Source: Moniliella sp. 'wahieum' (lineage: Eukaryota). Taken from it: a stretch of DNA of 64,000 nucleotides. Below are positions 12,758 through 26,600 of this stretch, piece after piece. The stretch's first letter is position 1; every line of letters begins with the position of its first letter. The notes below the pieces were generated by a model, which saw nothing but the letters and a program-made list of their open reading frames with translations, was not told where the DNA came from and made no database searches. A program made the translations under genes and the position numbers. The DNA lies in assembly GCA_003971905.1 (NCBI GenBank), contig RSEE01000107.1:124001-188000 (forward strand). The letters run 5' to 3'.

Positions 12758-13649
12758 TTACTCGGTCTTGGGCGTCTTGGGTGTCTTGGGCGGGCGACCA
12801 CGACGTTTCTTGACGGGCGTGCTTGGGGAGGGTAGGGCCGTTGCCGGCACCCAAGAGCGGTGCGCGACCTACGCCGCCGAGCCAGGCCAGGCGGAACACA
12901 AACAGGAGGAAGGTGATGACCACATTACCAAACAAGAGAGCGTTCCAAGCGTCGAGCTGACCCAGGCGGTTAAGCGTCGCCCACAACCCCTGCCCAGCGG
13001 CGAAGGAAGCATGTACAACGTGACCCCAATGTGGACCAAGTCGGCAAAACCCAGCACCAAGAGCAGGGCCTGGACAAGCGTCTGCTGCACACGCGGGTCC
13101 TTAACGTGCGTGCGAACCACATGGAAAAAAAACGGCACCGTTGAGCGATAACAGCAGATAACAACTTCCCAGCTGGGCAATTGCCATGCCGGCCGCAGGC
13201 GGAGGCGAAGGAGAGGAAGCGCGCGCGAGAGTTGCTCCGAAGTAGAGAGAAAGGCAGCTGGCACTTGGTCCTGGTAGAACTGCCGCGGCTGGAACAAGGC
13301 TAACCCGGCGCCAGACAGCGTGCTGATCGGCTCCACCACGCCGAAAAAGAAGTACCTGAGGGGGGGGGGGGCGAGGGTTAGCTGATCTGCGTAGCCACGG
13401 CAAGCCCAGCAGCGCAAACGAGGAGGGTGCTGATGCGAAGGCAGGCACGTACCAGAAGCGCGGGAGGGGGGCGAGGAGGCGCGGAGGGCCGGGCTGGGGG
13501 GGGGGGGAGGAGCTGGTGCGGCGGGCGGGAGGCAGGGCGGGCGGGGACGGGGGCGGGGGCGAGAGCGAGGCAGCGGCGGGTTCGGGTTGGGGTTCGGGTT
13601 CGGCAGACTGCTCGGCGGCGCGCGCCATCCGGCGCGTCAAGGGCGGCAT
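12758..13649 (-). CDS. Uncharacterised fungal integral membrane protein (about 4 TM) with a probable C-terminal AT-hook-like motif
   Basis: MPPLTRRMAR start and intron ~13451-13356 (GTACGT..GCTAAC..CAG). Contains FFFGVVEPISTLSGAG, AQLGSCYLLL, GFADLVHIGVT and WNALLFGNVVITFLLFVFRLAWLGG. A shifted frame ends SPSTPVKKRRGRPPKTPKTPKTE* at 12758. Confidence 0.7.
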
Positions 13650-14403
13650 GGCGGGAGAAGCAGGGTGGTGGCGGGGGGTGGTCAGGGCGCCTCGACGCGT
13701 GGGGGTGGGCTGAGATGTTTGGGCGAGGCATGATGATCGATGAGCCTCACGCGTTCACGTGCTCACGTGACCCCACGCAAGCGGTACTGACCCACACCGC
13801 TGAGAGCACGTGACGACCACGCCAGGGCGGGTGCGTAGGCTGGGTGGGGCAGCAAGAGGTGCTGAAGCGCAGGCAGGCGGAGGGACGAAGGCACAACAGC
13901 GGGCTCAGAGCAGGCAGAGACATCCTCTCGCCGCTTCTTGCAGGACGAAGGATACAGAGGAGCATGGCTGGCCTGGCACGTGCCGACCTGAAGATGAGCT
14001 TGCGACACGTATATATCATTCAGGGGAGAGCATGCTACTAGCTTGCCTGGGAAAGAGCGCGGTGGCGTAAACGACCGTCAGGGGCCAGAAGTAAAGTCGT
14101 CGGTGCTCTCCTGGCGAGGATCTGGGACGGGGTCGGATTGCGACCGCAGGGCTGCGACCGATTGAGTGCCTGCTGCGGCGGCTGCTTTGGCGGGGGAAGG
14201 GGAAGCGGCGGTGTAAGCGAGGCGGCCAGTGACTAGTCACGTGCAGCATGCAGCATGCAAAGGCGGGCTGGGCGCTAGGGTTGCCTGGTGCGCCGCTGTT
14301 GGAGCTTAGAGTGTCTTTTGTGGCCGGCGAAGCAACGCAGCCCCGATCGACGACCGTCCTCCAGCCGCCGCCCGCGCCACCCCCACCCCCACCAGCCCAG
14401 CCG

Positions 14404-17400
14404 ATGTTTGCGCCCGATGCGCTCTTCGACGCCTCCGACTGGGCCGCCGCCACTGCGCTCGCCGCCGGCTGGCCCAGCTCCGCACCCGCCCCGCGCGCCC
14501 CGCCGCCCGCCCCACCGACGCCCCGCTCGCCCCGACGCCCGCCGATGCTTCGCTCGCCGCTCTGACCGCCCCACTTCCTCACCCCTCCCTCCCTGCTCCC
14601 GGCGGCCGACCAGACGCAGGACCCCCTGCAGGCCCTCCCGCTCGCCTGGAACGAGTGGCCCACCTTCGATGCCCTCCAGGCCCACACTGTCCACCCGGCC
14701 ACCCAGACCACCCACCTCTCCTTTGTCCGTGCCGGCCTGGCGGGCGACGTGGTCGGCTGGCAAGAGGAGGTGGAGGAAACATCGTCCCTCAAACGCACCC
14801 ACCTCGGCGCAGGCAAGACCTCCTCCTCCCTCCAGCGCGCACAGGAAGTGTCGGCCGCCCACTTTGTCCAGGGCAAAGTGGGCAACTCCATGTTCACCCC
14901 TGGTGGGCTGGATGCCGTCGTCGTGGCCCCTGAAACGGCCCGTCGCACCACCGCCGACCCCTTTGCGCTCGGAGCAGAGCTCAAGACCACCCCGCCTGGA
15001 TTCGTTCGGGGCATGTACGAGGGTGCACCGTCGGAGGACCAAGGCGTGAAGCAGTTTGGTTCCTGGCTGCTGCCAGAACCAGTGTATGTACCACTTGCTG
15101 CTTCCGTATCTACCCACCCGCTCCACCCTTCCCGTCGGCCGCGCCTTTCCTGCCTGCCCGGCGCTTTCGGAAGAGAGAAGATGGCTCAGGACCGCTTGGG
15201 CGCCGAGCTGGATGACTTGCTCCCCACTGAGCCTATGCAGTCTTTGCGGCGACCTGCGAAAAAACGCAATCAGCGCGAGTGGGCGCACTGGTGGATGTGG
15301 CCACTGGCTTCCCCGATTTCGAGCAACTGGTGCCGGCGCCAGCGCATGAGTATCCCTTTGAGCTGGATGTTTCCAAAAGCAGGCAGTGTACCACATTGAG
15401 CAAGGCGATTCCGTCTTTGTGGCAGCCCACACGTCGGCGGGCAAGACGGTGGTGGCAGAGTATGCGATTGCGTTGGCCATGAAGCATATGACGCGATGCG
15501 TCTACACGTCGCCCATCAAGGCTTTGTCCAACCAAAAGTTCCGCGAGTTTAAGGAAACGTTTGGCGCGGACAATGTCGGTATCCTTACTGGCGATGTGCA
15601 GATCAACGAGACGGCACCTTGCTTGATCATGACGACTGAGATTTTACGCAGCATGCTCTACCGTGGCGCCGACCTGATCCGCGATGTAGAGTTTATCATT
15701 TTTGATGAGGTGCACTATGTCAACGACCAGGAACGTGGTGTGGTATGGGAAGAAGTCATCATCCTCGCCCCGCAACACATTAGCCTCATCCTCCTCTCCG
15801 CCACTGTGCCCAACACACGAGGTACGTCACCCTCTTCCCTCGCCGCTCTTGCCGCGTCGCATCATGCACATGACCCACAAGCCCCTTGCCAGGCTCGGCA
15901 GCTACTGACCCCCTTGCATCATCTTAGAATTCGCCGATTGGGTCGGCCGGACCAAAAAAAGAGATTTATGTGATTAGCACACTCAAACGACCTGTGCCGT
16001 TGGAACACTTCCTCTTCTCCGGATCGGATCTGTATAAGGTCGTCGACGCAACGGGCACACTCTTACCCCGCGGCTTCCGTGACGCGCGGGACGCAGCCAT
16101 GCGCAAGCAAGATCGCGAGCTGGAAGCTGCGGGATTGCTCCCCGCCCCCCCACCCAGCACACAAGCCCGCGCGCACGCGGTGGACGCGGAGGTAGAGGTG
16201 GCCCTCCCCTCCGCGGCGGCGGGACCGTGGTGGTCGCGGAGGTCGTGGTGGGGGATCGCGGTGGTCGTGGAGGTCGGGGAGGACGCGGGGGGCGGTAGCC
16301 GCACGAGGTGGGGTGGCTGCACGAGGGGCAATGGCCGGGCGAGAGGGAGGGGGCGGACGAGGAGGCATGACAGGCGGCGCGAGGGGTGGTAACGCCGGTC
16401 GTCCAGGACCCGATCCAGATTTGTGGGTGACGATGGTGGGTATGCTGCGAAAACGCAACTTGCTCCCCACGGTCGTATTTGTGTTTAGTAAGAAAAAGTG
16501 TGAGGAGTATGCGGCGGCATGCCCAACACTGATCTCAACACGGCCAAGGAGAAGAACGAGGTGCACCTGATGATGGAGAAGGCAGTGCAACGGTTGAAAG
16601 AGGTCGACCGTACTCTGCCCCAGATCACACGAATGCGCGAGCTGCTGGCTCGGGGAATTGGAGTGCATCACGGTGGCCTCTTGCCACTGGTAAAGGAGGT
16701 GGTGGAAATCTTGTTCCAGCGGGGCCTTGTCAAGGTTCTCTTTGCCACTGAGACGTTTGCTATGGGTCAACATGCCAGCCAAAGCGGTTGTCTTCTCCTC
16801 GACGCGCAAACATGACGGTACCACCTTCCGCAACCTTTCTCCCGGCGAGTACACCCAGATGGCCGGTCGCGCCGGGCGACGTGGTCTCGATGCCACGGGA
16901 ACAGTGATCATCAACGCTAGTGAGCGGGGATACCCGCAACCGATGGTCAAAGAGATGGTGCTCGGTACGCCCGACAAACTGATCAGCCAATTCCGCTTGA
17001 CGTACAACATGATCCTCAATCTGTTGCGGGTGGAGGCGCTCAAGTGGGAGGATGATCAAGCGCTCCTTTTCGGAAAATGCAGTACAAAATTACAGCCGGA
17101 GCATGAACGTCGACTGCGTGTACTGCAGCAACGGCTCGACGCTGTGCCATCCCTCAAGAGCGTTGAGCGAAACGATGCGTTTGGCCAGTACTACGACTTG
17201 GCACAGGGTGCCACGGCGGCCCAGAAGGCGGTGGTGGAGATGGCGGTGGAGCAGGCACGTGCGCGCGTCCTCCCTCCTGGCCGGATCGTGCTTCTACGCG
17301 ACGAGCACTTTGACTTTTCGCTTGCCGTGGTGGTCAAACTGCTTGCGCCAACGGCGCAGACAGGGGTGTTGGTTTTGGCTGCCGTGTCGCCGGAGCGCAA

Positions 17401-18467
17401 GGGCGGGCATTGGATCGCACGCACGCGCGACGGGGCACGAGCTCCCCTCTGGCCTCCGACACTGGACGTGCAACCGAGTGAGATTGCTGGATGGGTGTAC
17501 GATTTGCGGGAAGTGCGCTTGGATGCACTGGTCTGGCTCACGCCTTATAGCATCACTTTCCTCAGAGTCAAGTACTCTCGCATCGCAAGAGCGCCTCAAC
17601 AGTACCCTTGACCTTCTTCGGCCGATTGGACAGACGTTGGCCAAGCTCTCTGCGCGTCACAAGGGCAAGGCGTTCCCCGAAGTGTCGTACGCCAAGTTGG
17701 GCCGCCTTGATTTCCGCGAGCTTTGGCGCAGCGCGAAGAGTACACGTCCCGCCTCGCTGCGCTAGCAAGTGTACGAGCGGACAAACACTTTGAGGCGGAT
17801 TACCGTATTGTGCACCAACGTCGCACGCTCCAGGCCGAGGTGCGCGATCTGGAACTTCGGCTGAGCAACGAGAACTTGGAGTTGTTGCCAGACTATCACC
17901 AGCGGGTAGGTGTACTCAAGACATTGCGATTTGTAGATGGGGTGTCGGAGAGTGTGTTGCTCAAGGGCCGGGTGGCATGCGAGATCAATACAGCCGACAC
18001 GCTCGTCCTCACCGAACTTATCTTGGACAATGCCCTGGCACGCTTTCCCCCGAAGAAACGGTGGCGCTGTTGAGCATGTTTATCTACGATGCGCGCGACG
18101 AGACGGTGCCCCCGCTCTCGCCCGGTATGGAAAAGGGGTGGAGATGGTACGTGCAACAGCAGCAAAGTAGGTGCGGTCCAAACCCACACCAAATCGCAGC
18201 TGAAGACTTTGACTCCAAGTTCCGTCCGGGCTGGTGCATGTCGTCCTGGCCTGGGCTCAGGGCACGCCCTTCGAGGAAATCACAACCATGACCGACGTCG
18301 CAGAGGGCACCATCGTACGCACCATCACTCGCCTGGACGAAACATGTCGGGAAGTACGGGACGCCGCACGCGTCATCGGAGATGCCGACCTCTACCGCAA
18401 GATGGACACCGCTCAGACACTCATTCGCCGCGACATTGTGTTTGCCGCCGCCAGCCTGTACTTCTAG
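14404..18467 (+). CDS. SKI2: Ski2 DExH-box RNA helicase (exosome cofactor, antiviral superkiller)
   Basis: Motifs [59 protein letters not shown] and C-terminal [14 protein letters not shown]. Has an N-terminal Ski2-type extension and an RGG-rich insert. Intron 15822-15927; many indels. Confidence 0.95.
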
Positions 18468-20349
18468 CGGCGCATGCGCTCGTTACTCAGCCTGAGGCTC
18501 CACAACTCCAATTCCAATTCCAATTCACATGTGCACTGCTGTGCTAAAGCTACAACTAGGGGGGGGCAATTCAATCCGTCGATCATTCGAGGGTTTGGTG
18601 GTACCGGTTACCTTGGCCGCCGTGGAGAGCCACAATGATCTTCGAGCCCCACGAATGGAGCGGTCGGGGTGGCGTCTCGGAGGGACTCTCTTTCTGCGTA
18701 TAGTAGACGAGTCAAACCGAGGGACAAGTTAGGAAATCGCTGGTCAATTTGAGCGAAGGACAGATACTAGTCGTGGCTTGTGGTCGCGGGAGGCGGGTCC
18801 CCTCGGAGTCGAAGAGGCCATCATCCGGAACGGACTACTACACGGTCTATTTTACGTGCTGCATGGCATGAATGCGGGTTGATGCATGATGCAACGTTGA
18901 TGGATCAGTCATGTGGGCCTGCTTTCATTGAGGGAGTTGATCGCATTGCAGGCACAGGCTCAGAGGGGTCGCTGATTGAGGTGGTATTATCCTTTTGCGC
19001 GCGGGACTGGTCGGGATCAGATAGCCCCTGCTGCTGATGGAAAGGACTACTAGACTACTACTAGGGAACCAGTGATCACGAGCAGTGGGAGGGTGAACGC
19101 GGTGAACGAGAGGCGTCAACGAGTAGAAAAGCTCTGTGGCAGTGCAGTGGCCTAGTGTCACATGACAGTGTTGCAAAGGGTCAGTCTAACAGGGAGGAGT
19201 ATATCCATCATCTCCACGTCGCAACCAGTGACTGAATCAATCGCTAGTAGTAAAGAGCACTGCGTGCGAAAAGAGACGCTCGCAGAGAAAGCATAGGATG
19301 CGCGCTTGGCAATCCTCTCTCTTGCTTTTTGTGCAAGGGCAGCCTCCGCCCAGCCTGGGTGTCGCGATCCTGCTGGTGTCGAGGTCACGTCATCGAGGTC
19401 ATCAAGCAGAAACGGGGTATCCATCATTATGCGCATCATTGCCAAGCTCACCGCTCTGCTCGACGGTCCAACGTTCAACGTTCAACGGTCGTCAACGTTC
19501 AACGTGGCGCGCGTTGTGTCCGGCGCGCGTGTCTCCTTGACTACTTCAGTTGCGTTCCTCCGATACCGCCCCCCCAGAGCCCCACACTCTCATTGATCAT
19601 CGTGCGGCTCCTGCCGCCCCCTCCCCTGCACGAGTACTCCACATCAAAACACTGCGAACGCGCACAAGAGTGGGGGGAGAAACGGGTGTCCTATATATGG
19701 TTGCCGTGTTTGGGAGGGGGGGCGATGGAGACTATGGATTACTTTGAGAGATCACTGATGATGTGGTTTCGGGGGAGGACGAGGCGCGTCTCGGAGGGGC
19801 GCCGGTCTGATGGATCACCGAGATGATCGAATCATTGATCATCCCAAGTAGAGAAACAACGTCCAGGCTGGTATCATATACCCCCAACCCCCCCGGTGCT
19901 CCATAGTACCCGCCCCACATGCGCCGCATGTGCACTCAGACAGGACATGTGTTTGTGTTGCCTGCACTTTGCCTTGCCTTTGCCCCGCCAGCACGCGCCA
20001 CATCATGACGTCATCCTCATCTGCCTCCGACCAATCGATTCAATTCAAGCTACTCCAGCCGCGACTCTGCTACGGGCGGGGCGACTGCTCTGGTGCGTGG
20101 TCGGATTGTGAACCCTCGCCGGACAGATTAGTAGTAGCAACCCTTTGGCATACTCCAGGTTTCCAATGTACCCACCCCACCAGACGCCGTGGTACTATAA
20201 TAGCCCTCGTTCACCTCCTTGTTTCCCAAGCCTGTTTCTCCATCTCTCCATCCACACTCCCTTCCTCTTTTGCCACGCGCTTCAAGTAGCTCTGCACGTG
20301 CTGCGCCCTTCATACTCTACAAGCTTCACGATCCATTGACAACAAAGCC

Positions 20350-20661
20350 ATGTCGTACGTCTCCCCGGTCCACACCCACTCATCTCTCTCCGCCATGCAT
20401 GCGCGATGCTGACGCTACATCCATATTATGGGAAAATGTGACTCTCCCACCGACAGCCCTCCTCCAAATGTCAAGATCTGCCCCCACTGTCGCCTTCGCG
20501 TTTCGCCCCTCCGGTCTGAATGCAAGTTCTGTGGCCTCATCCTACCACATGCACCGCTCCAGCCGGCCGGCCCGGCTGCAGACGCACCCCTCAAGGATTG
20601 GAACCGGAACGACACTCACTTGGGAATCTCCTCCACTTCCCTCGGCGCAAAATACATGTGA
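20350..20661 (+). CDS. Small zinc-ribbon protein (CPHC-x10-CKFC), about 69 aa
   Basis: ATG-TC then GTACGT intron 20355-20456 (GCTGAC branch, CAG) splices in frame to MSPPPNVKICPHCRLRVSPLRSECKFCGLILP. TATAAT lies at ~20196. It may continue via a GTGAGC donor at ~20658. Confidence 0.55.
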
Positions 20662-23600
20662 GCAGTCGTAATGCAGGATACTATACCAACGAGACCACAA
20701 ACGCTCTACGATGGAATCAAAACAAAACCAGGGATCGCTGCGTTGAATTCCTTTTTAACCTTGACCTCCTCTGTTCGTCTCTCCTAGACTGTTCTTCTGT
20801 TTCTACGATTTTAAACTCTCTCTCTTTCCATCAACAGGTGGGCGGAGCAATGCCACACGAAACTGTGTACCACGACACACCGTGTACGTGTTGTTGCGTG
20901 CTGAAAAAAGCCCACGTTCCCTCCCTTCTTCCAGACGTTGTACATATCTTCTCGCATATCACACCTCGGCATACCTACATTGAAAGGGGAGGTCATGACG
21001 CTTGCTCCCCTTCCTCTCTTCCTTGTTACGTTTCGCCTTAATGTCCCATCCATCACGGGGCCTCATGCCCTCATGGGGGCAATACGGGGTATATTGCTCC
21101 CGTTACACAAATGTATCTTTTTCTAACTCCCCATACCTAAGGCACATTACATATTGAGTGCTAGGCTCCTACTTGGGTGAGGAGTATCAGCTGACGTATA
21201 CTAGGAGAGATAATCAAATGTTTTACCGGCAAAAGAGGTCGATCGGAGCAAGAAGGTTACGCGAATAGCTGGCGGGTTAACATTCTCTGACAAGTTGTCT
21301 ACTGGCGCTGGGCTAGACACCATCTTCTCATCCATGATGCCAGGTTTTTTGAACGCGACGAGCTCGCGGCCAGGAGACGGATAGGGGTGCCAAAGATTTG
21401 TTCATGCGCAATAGTTAAGTGCGTACTTACTGTGGTTATCTTCACGATGGATGCAGCTGGGTTAGTATTATGCCAGATGGAGTTGCCACGGATGAGAAAG
21501 GAGCAGAGAAGTAGAAGGAACTTCGGTATAAAATCAACGAGCTAGTAAGGACACAGGCGAACAGCTGCGTATCATTAGTAGCGTTTTGGTTGAAGGAAGC
21601 CCTGCTGTTAGGTTGTGTTGTGGCGGCCGGGGACGCTAGTCACGTGACTGGCTTCCCACTTCCACCTTGGGCTCCCAGACTCCGAAGGCTGGTGGCGCGC
21701 GCGTAGCCACATATAAGCCATCGAATAATGTGGCCTTCTCCAGTAGTCCTCATGTCCTGCTTCCTATCACCAACGGCTGCCTTCTCCCGCCCGCAATCGA
21801 TCGTCTACGCTACTGTCCTATACGCTTCAGTATTCATTGCACTGGTCTCAGCCGGGTGCGTCCAGACGTCCTCAGTATTCAATTGCGATTATTCACAGCC
21901 GCTAAATGTGATTACGCATTTGATTATGCGCACGCAAGCTCCGCGTGTTTTTCCTCACCAATACATGGCTCAAGACGCCACTGTTTCTGCCTACGCATTA
22001 TGCATGTTCGGTAATGCATGAGAAGAGGAGATACCCTAGGGCTCCGTCCTAATTGCCTTGTCAGTGTTGGAGAGAACACTACTATTCTGCCGTTACGAAG
22101 CGCAGTGGGCAGAACGTTCAACACAAACTCCCAGTTGCCCTTTTGTGCTGCATATCCTAATAGGGCCACATTTGCCAGCTCTACGGTACACCAGAGACCT
22201 ACCTTCTCTTCGACCTCCCTATAGGAGCTACCGGGGTACATCGGAGCACTTTGTGCACACAAAGACACTCACTTAGAGCATTGTGAAAGATGGTGATTAG
22301 CCCCTCGTTTTACTGGCACCTGTAGCCATTAAATACTCCTGTCAGTGTACCTCTCATCTTCAATGTACCATTGACCCACTCCCACACCATTTCTAGCAGC
22401 ACCATGACTACTCCTCGCTCACTGTGGATCGCAAGACGTGCCGAGAGAAGAACGAGTGCCCGGTTCCAGCTCCGATCCGGACGATATACGGTGGCAACAT
22501 CAAGTCATATCCGATGCGAACTGCACCCACGCACCAGGATCTCCAGAGTGCCATGAGCAATCCAACCACTCCATTGGAAGGACTCAGGACAGGAAGCAAC
22601 CTTCTCTCCCCTTGTCTGCATACCAGCCCATCGTTAGCAAGAAGTCCCTGGTCCCTCCCCAGCCCCCGGCCTTCATCTTCGCACCCCCCTTCGCTCTTTG
22701 GCCTGTGCATGCCAGACAAGAGGCGATTGACCAAGCAAAAGAGTGGCGGTACGGGTTGCTCTGAACGTGCTCACTATGGATGAACAATGGCAATACGGAG
22801 AGGCAAGTGCCATGCGAGAAGTGGGGTTGTTGGTTCAGTCGGCGTCAGCGCGGAATCAGCAAGGAAGGAAGATGACCCAAGGGTGGTGCGCGCCACCAAC
22901 CCGTGGACATGACAAGACAGAAGATGATTCCGAGTGTGAGTCGTCCTTCTCTCCTTGTCGGTCGGCGCCGCCGGCACCAGTAGGTTGTTGGTGGCGCGAG
23001 CCTCGTCAAGGACGCGGTCGGGGGCGGATGAGCCAGGAGAAGCGGCGGCGGCTGGCTCGGCGGAGAGCGGATGTGCTGGCCCGGATGTCGGCGCAGGCGG
23101 CACGGGAGGGACGGTGAGGCGGGAACAGGAGACCAGCATCCTGGTGTGCTGGATGACCAACGAGGGAGCCAGGGTAATGATCACGCGGATCACGGCGCTG
23201 GGCCTTAAGCCCACCGAATACACAGGTCTAGCTAGTGGTGATGGACACAGTCGAGACGAAGGCGTGGCGCGGCGGATCGACAGTGGCGTGCTGGCGGCGA
23301 GGACGCGGAGAGACCGCCGGCACGGGGGCCGTCTGTGGCACCAGGTAGTAGGGTTGCTCGCGGGGGGCGCGGCGCCACAGACGGGGCGCTTGGGGGGGGA
23401 GTGGCACGGAGGCAGTTGCCACGCGAGGACGGGCACAGGGCCAGTGTTCCGCAGCGATCGGCGGCAGGGGCGGGTGGAGGTGGGGCATGCTCGGCAAGCT
23501 CTGTGCGCCGCCCGCCGTCTCCACCTCACCTCCGCTCGTCTCCCTCTCGACTCCCTTCATCTCCATCTCCATCTCCACCTCCATCTCCATCTCCATTGCC

Positions 23601-23683
23601 GCCCCCATCTCCTCCTCCTCCTCCCCTCCCTCCTCCTCCATCGCCTCCGGCCCCGCCCACTTCCCCCCCCCCCCCCCCCCCCA

Positions 23684-26600
23684 ATGAGCGCCGCTGCCGT
23701 GGACGGTGCCGCGCCTGAGCGCCGGTCGGGATCGGAGGAGCCCTCCGCCGCCGGGCCGCCGCACCGACGGCGCCCTCCGCGCGCGTCGCGACGGCTCCCG
23801 CAGCCGGCAGCCAGCCTGGGCGGTTCATCTGTGCGATCTGCAGCCAGTGCTTCCAGCGCAAGAATGGCCTCAGCCGCCACATGCGCTCCCACACAGGCGA
23901 GAAGCCCTTCGCGTGCTCCTACTGCCACTTCAAGTCCACCCGCACCGACAGCCTCCAGCGCCACATGAAGCTCCACCTCACACCGCCCTCCACAACTCCA
24001 TCGCCGCCGCCCACCACCACCAACTCGGCCACCTCGGCCACCGCCCCGCCCGAGCGCTCCCCCCGCCGCCCCTACCTCTGCCGCCCTCCCGCCTCCTCCG
24101 CCACAGTCGCAGCCGCCGCAGCCCCCGCCGCCGCTGCCACACGCCTTCCCCCCTCCGCCGCTCCGCCGCCGCCGCCCTACCGCTTTCTGCCGCCGTCCTC
24201 GTCGCCCTATGGCCCGCCCTCCACCTTGCCCCATCCCTACATGATGCCCCCGCCGCCGCCCCCCGCCGCCTCGCATGCCGCCGCCGCCTCCCCACGCGCT
24301 CTATGCCCCACGCACCCCTTCTCCCCCGCGTCAGCCCCTCCCTACTTCCCGCCCCAGCCGACGCAGCCACAATGTTGGCCCACATGCCCAGGCTCCTTCT
24401 CCCTACAGCCGCCATGTACCTCCGCCTCCGCTGCCCCAGCCGCGGGGCCGCTCTCCTTCGTTGTCCACCCCAGAGGAGAGCCCTTCGCCCGAGGCGTATC
24501 CCCAGCAGTGGAGGTATGAGTACGGTACCCGTATGATGGCTACCAGCCTGCAACAGACCCCCCAGCAATACGAGGCCTCGTACGAGACGCCGCCTTTGCC
24601 TGGTGCCTACCCGTACGGCCGGGAGGACTTGACGCGGGACGCGGCGCTGCTCAACTCGATGCGTGCAGGACAAGAGCCACAGGGTCTGGGCCTGGACTTG
24701 GACCCACATGCCGGCCTGCGCTCTCCCGCCTTCGTGTCTACCGCCTTGTCGGGTTCCGTCGAAGAAGAGGAGGAATCTGGCATGATCCGCTCGGGCAGCT
24801 TGGCCGGGTTTGTCTCCGCTCTGCATGAAGGCGATGTCGAATTTACTCGCCTCTTTGACCGTTCCCTCACGACGAGACGAATTTGGGATTTGCAGCATAT
24901 GTCCACATGGCCGCGGCGGCCTTGGCTCCCGCCCTGCAGGCCGAGCTCAATTCCACCTTTTCTGAGGGCGATGGCTCTGCGCTTCATGCTCTCGCTGAGG
25001 CAGCGGAAGAAACGGGGGAGCCGAGATTGAGTCTCGGGGTTGACCAAGTCCACCTCTTTGCTCGAACATTTGCCCTGTCTCTGCCCTTTATCCATGTGCC
25101 TACCCTTCTTTCTACGCTCCACCCATCCGAAAGATGGACATCGATTCGCCCCTGCGCCCGCACCTTCAAGTCGAGGCCCAAGACCGGAAACGGTACCGCT
25201 CGTTCGTCTGCCCAACGCAAGGGGCTCCATCTCGACCTGCCCCCACGCACGAGCCATCCGTTTGCGGGCAAGAAGGCAGGACTTGCTGTGGGGTATGGCT
25301 CTCCTGGGCACTGCCTACGGCCCCGCCCACAAGCTCAAGCCACAACACGGCTTGACCGCACTCAAGGCGCATCTGGTTCATGGCGTGGCCGAGTCCGGTC
25401 GCCCACTTTGGCCCTCTAGCCCCAGGTCGCCACATGAGTCAGCTCTAGGACTGAACATGAACATGAAATAATATGCGTGCGTCGCCTCGCCTCGGGCCAC
25501 CTCGGACCCCTCGCACTCCGCACCTGCATACTCGCACCCACGTTCTGCCATTGTCCAGCTCAGTCCGCATCCGGCTCCTATACGCGAGAGCGGGAGGGAG
25601 CGGGAGAAGGGCACGTCAAGAGATCCGGAGGAGCTGGTGCGTCGTGTCCAAGCCTTGATCTTGGGCCAACTGGCCGCCTTGCTATCGGGTGAACGGATCA
25701 GTGAGAACCATGCACGTCTGCTACATGCGGCCGCGGTAACTGTACGTGCTTACTGCCTATAACCCTCTGATCTACATCTTCTTTGCGATTGGATGGGATC
25801 TGTGCGTGACGTGATGCTAACTTTGTTTTGGGGGGGTTGATCAGACGGTGCGAGAATTGTTGTTGGTCCCTGAGCCCGAGGAGGAGAAAGGATGGCGGAG
25901 CTGGGTGAGACGGATGGAACGCCGGCGGACAGTGTGGGCGGTATGGGTGTGCGACGTGTTACAGTCGATCTTACTACCTGCGCGACCGTGGCTCGCGCCC
26001 AACGAGTTGAGCCTCATTGACCTTGCCCACCTGGGCGAGGAAGAACTCTGGACCGCACCGACCGAGGCGGACTGGGAGCAACGCTGGGCCCAACGTCATC
26101 CCACCCCACGCAAACGACGAGGGGACGAGACGGAAGCTCCGTTGGACCAGGTGGTGACTGCGTTGCTGGGGCCCTTGGCCCCCCAGGCTCGCTCACCCCG
26201 AGCACCCACTTGGGCTTTGGTCGGCTGGCCTTGACACCTACCCTCCCCCCGCCACAACAGCGGAAGCATGCGCGGACTGGGTCGCTGCGCACCGCAAGTG
26301 GCAGTGTCTTCCGCCCGCCCGAGCGGGAAGAGGCGAGGTGCTTGCCTCGTTGCCCAACGAGGGCAGGGGGAGCGCCATTTTGGCTCTGGCCGGGCAAGCG
26401 GTAGGCGAATGCGTGCGGGACGAGGAGGCTCGTCGGGCACTGAGTGCAGCGGCGGAAAGTGCACCGGAAGACGAGAGTGTGGAGGAAGATTTGAATGCGT
26501 TGGATGCTCGTGTCAGTCCAACGGTCGCGCGGTTGGAAGCGGCAGTATCGCTGTGCCGCGCCCATCCGGCCCAGGGCGCACTCGCCACCTCCTTCCTCGC

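Noticed and set aside
21130..21600. Minus-strand signal-peptide-like stretch FLLLLCSFLIRG followed by a GTAAGT donor
   Set aside because: There is no in-frame ATG upstream and no coherent downstream exon.
22774..23560. Long ORFs upstream of the C2H2 TF on both strands
   Set aside because: No family motif; they could be UTR or a lineage-specific gene, which cannot be resolved by eye.
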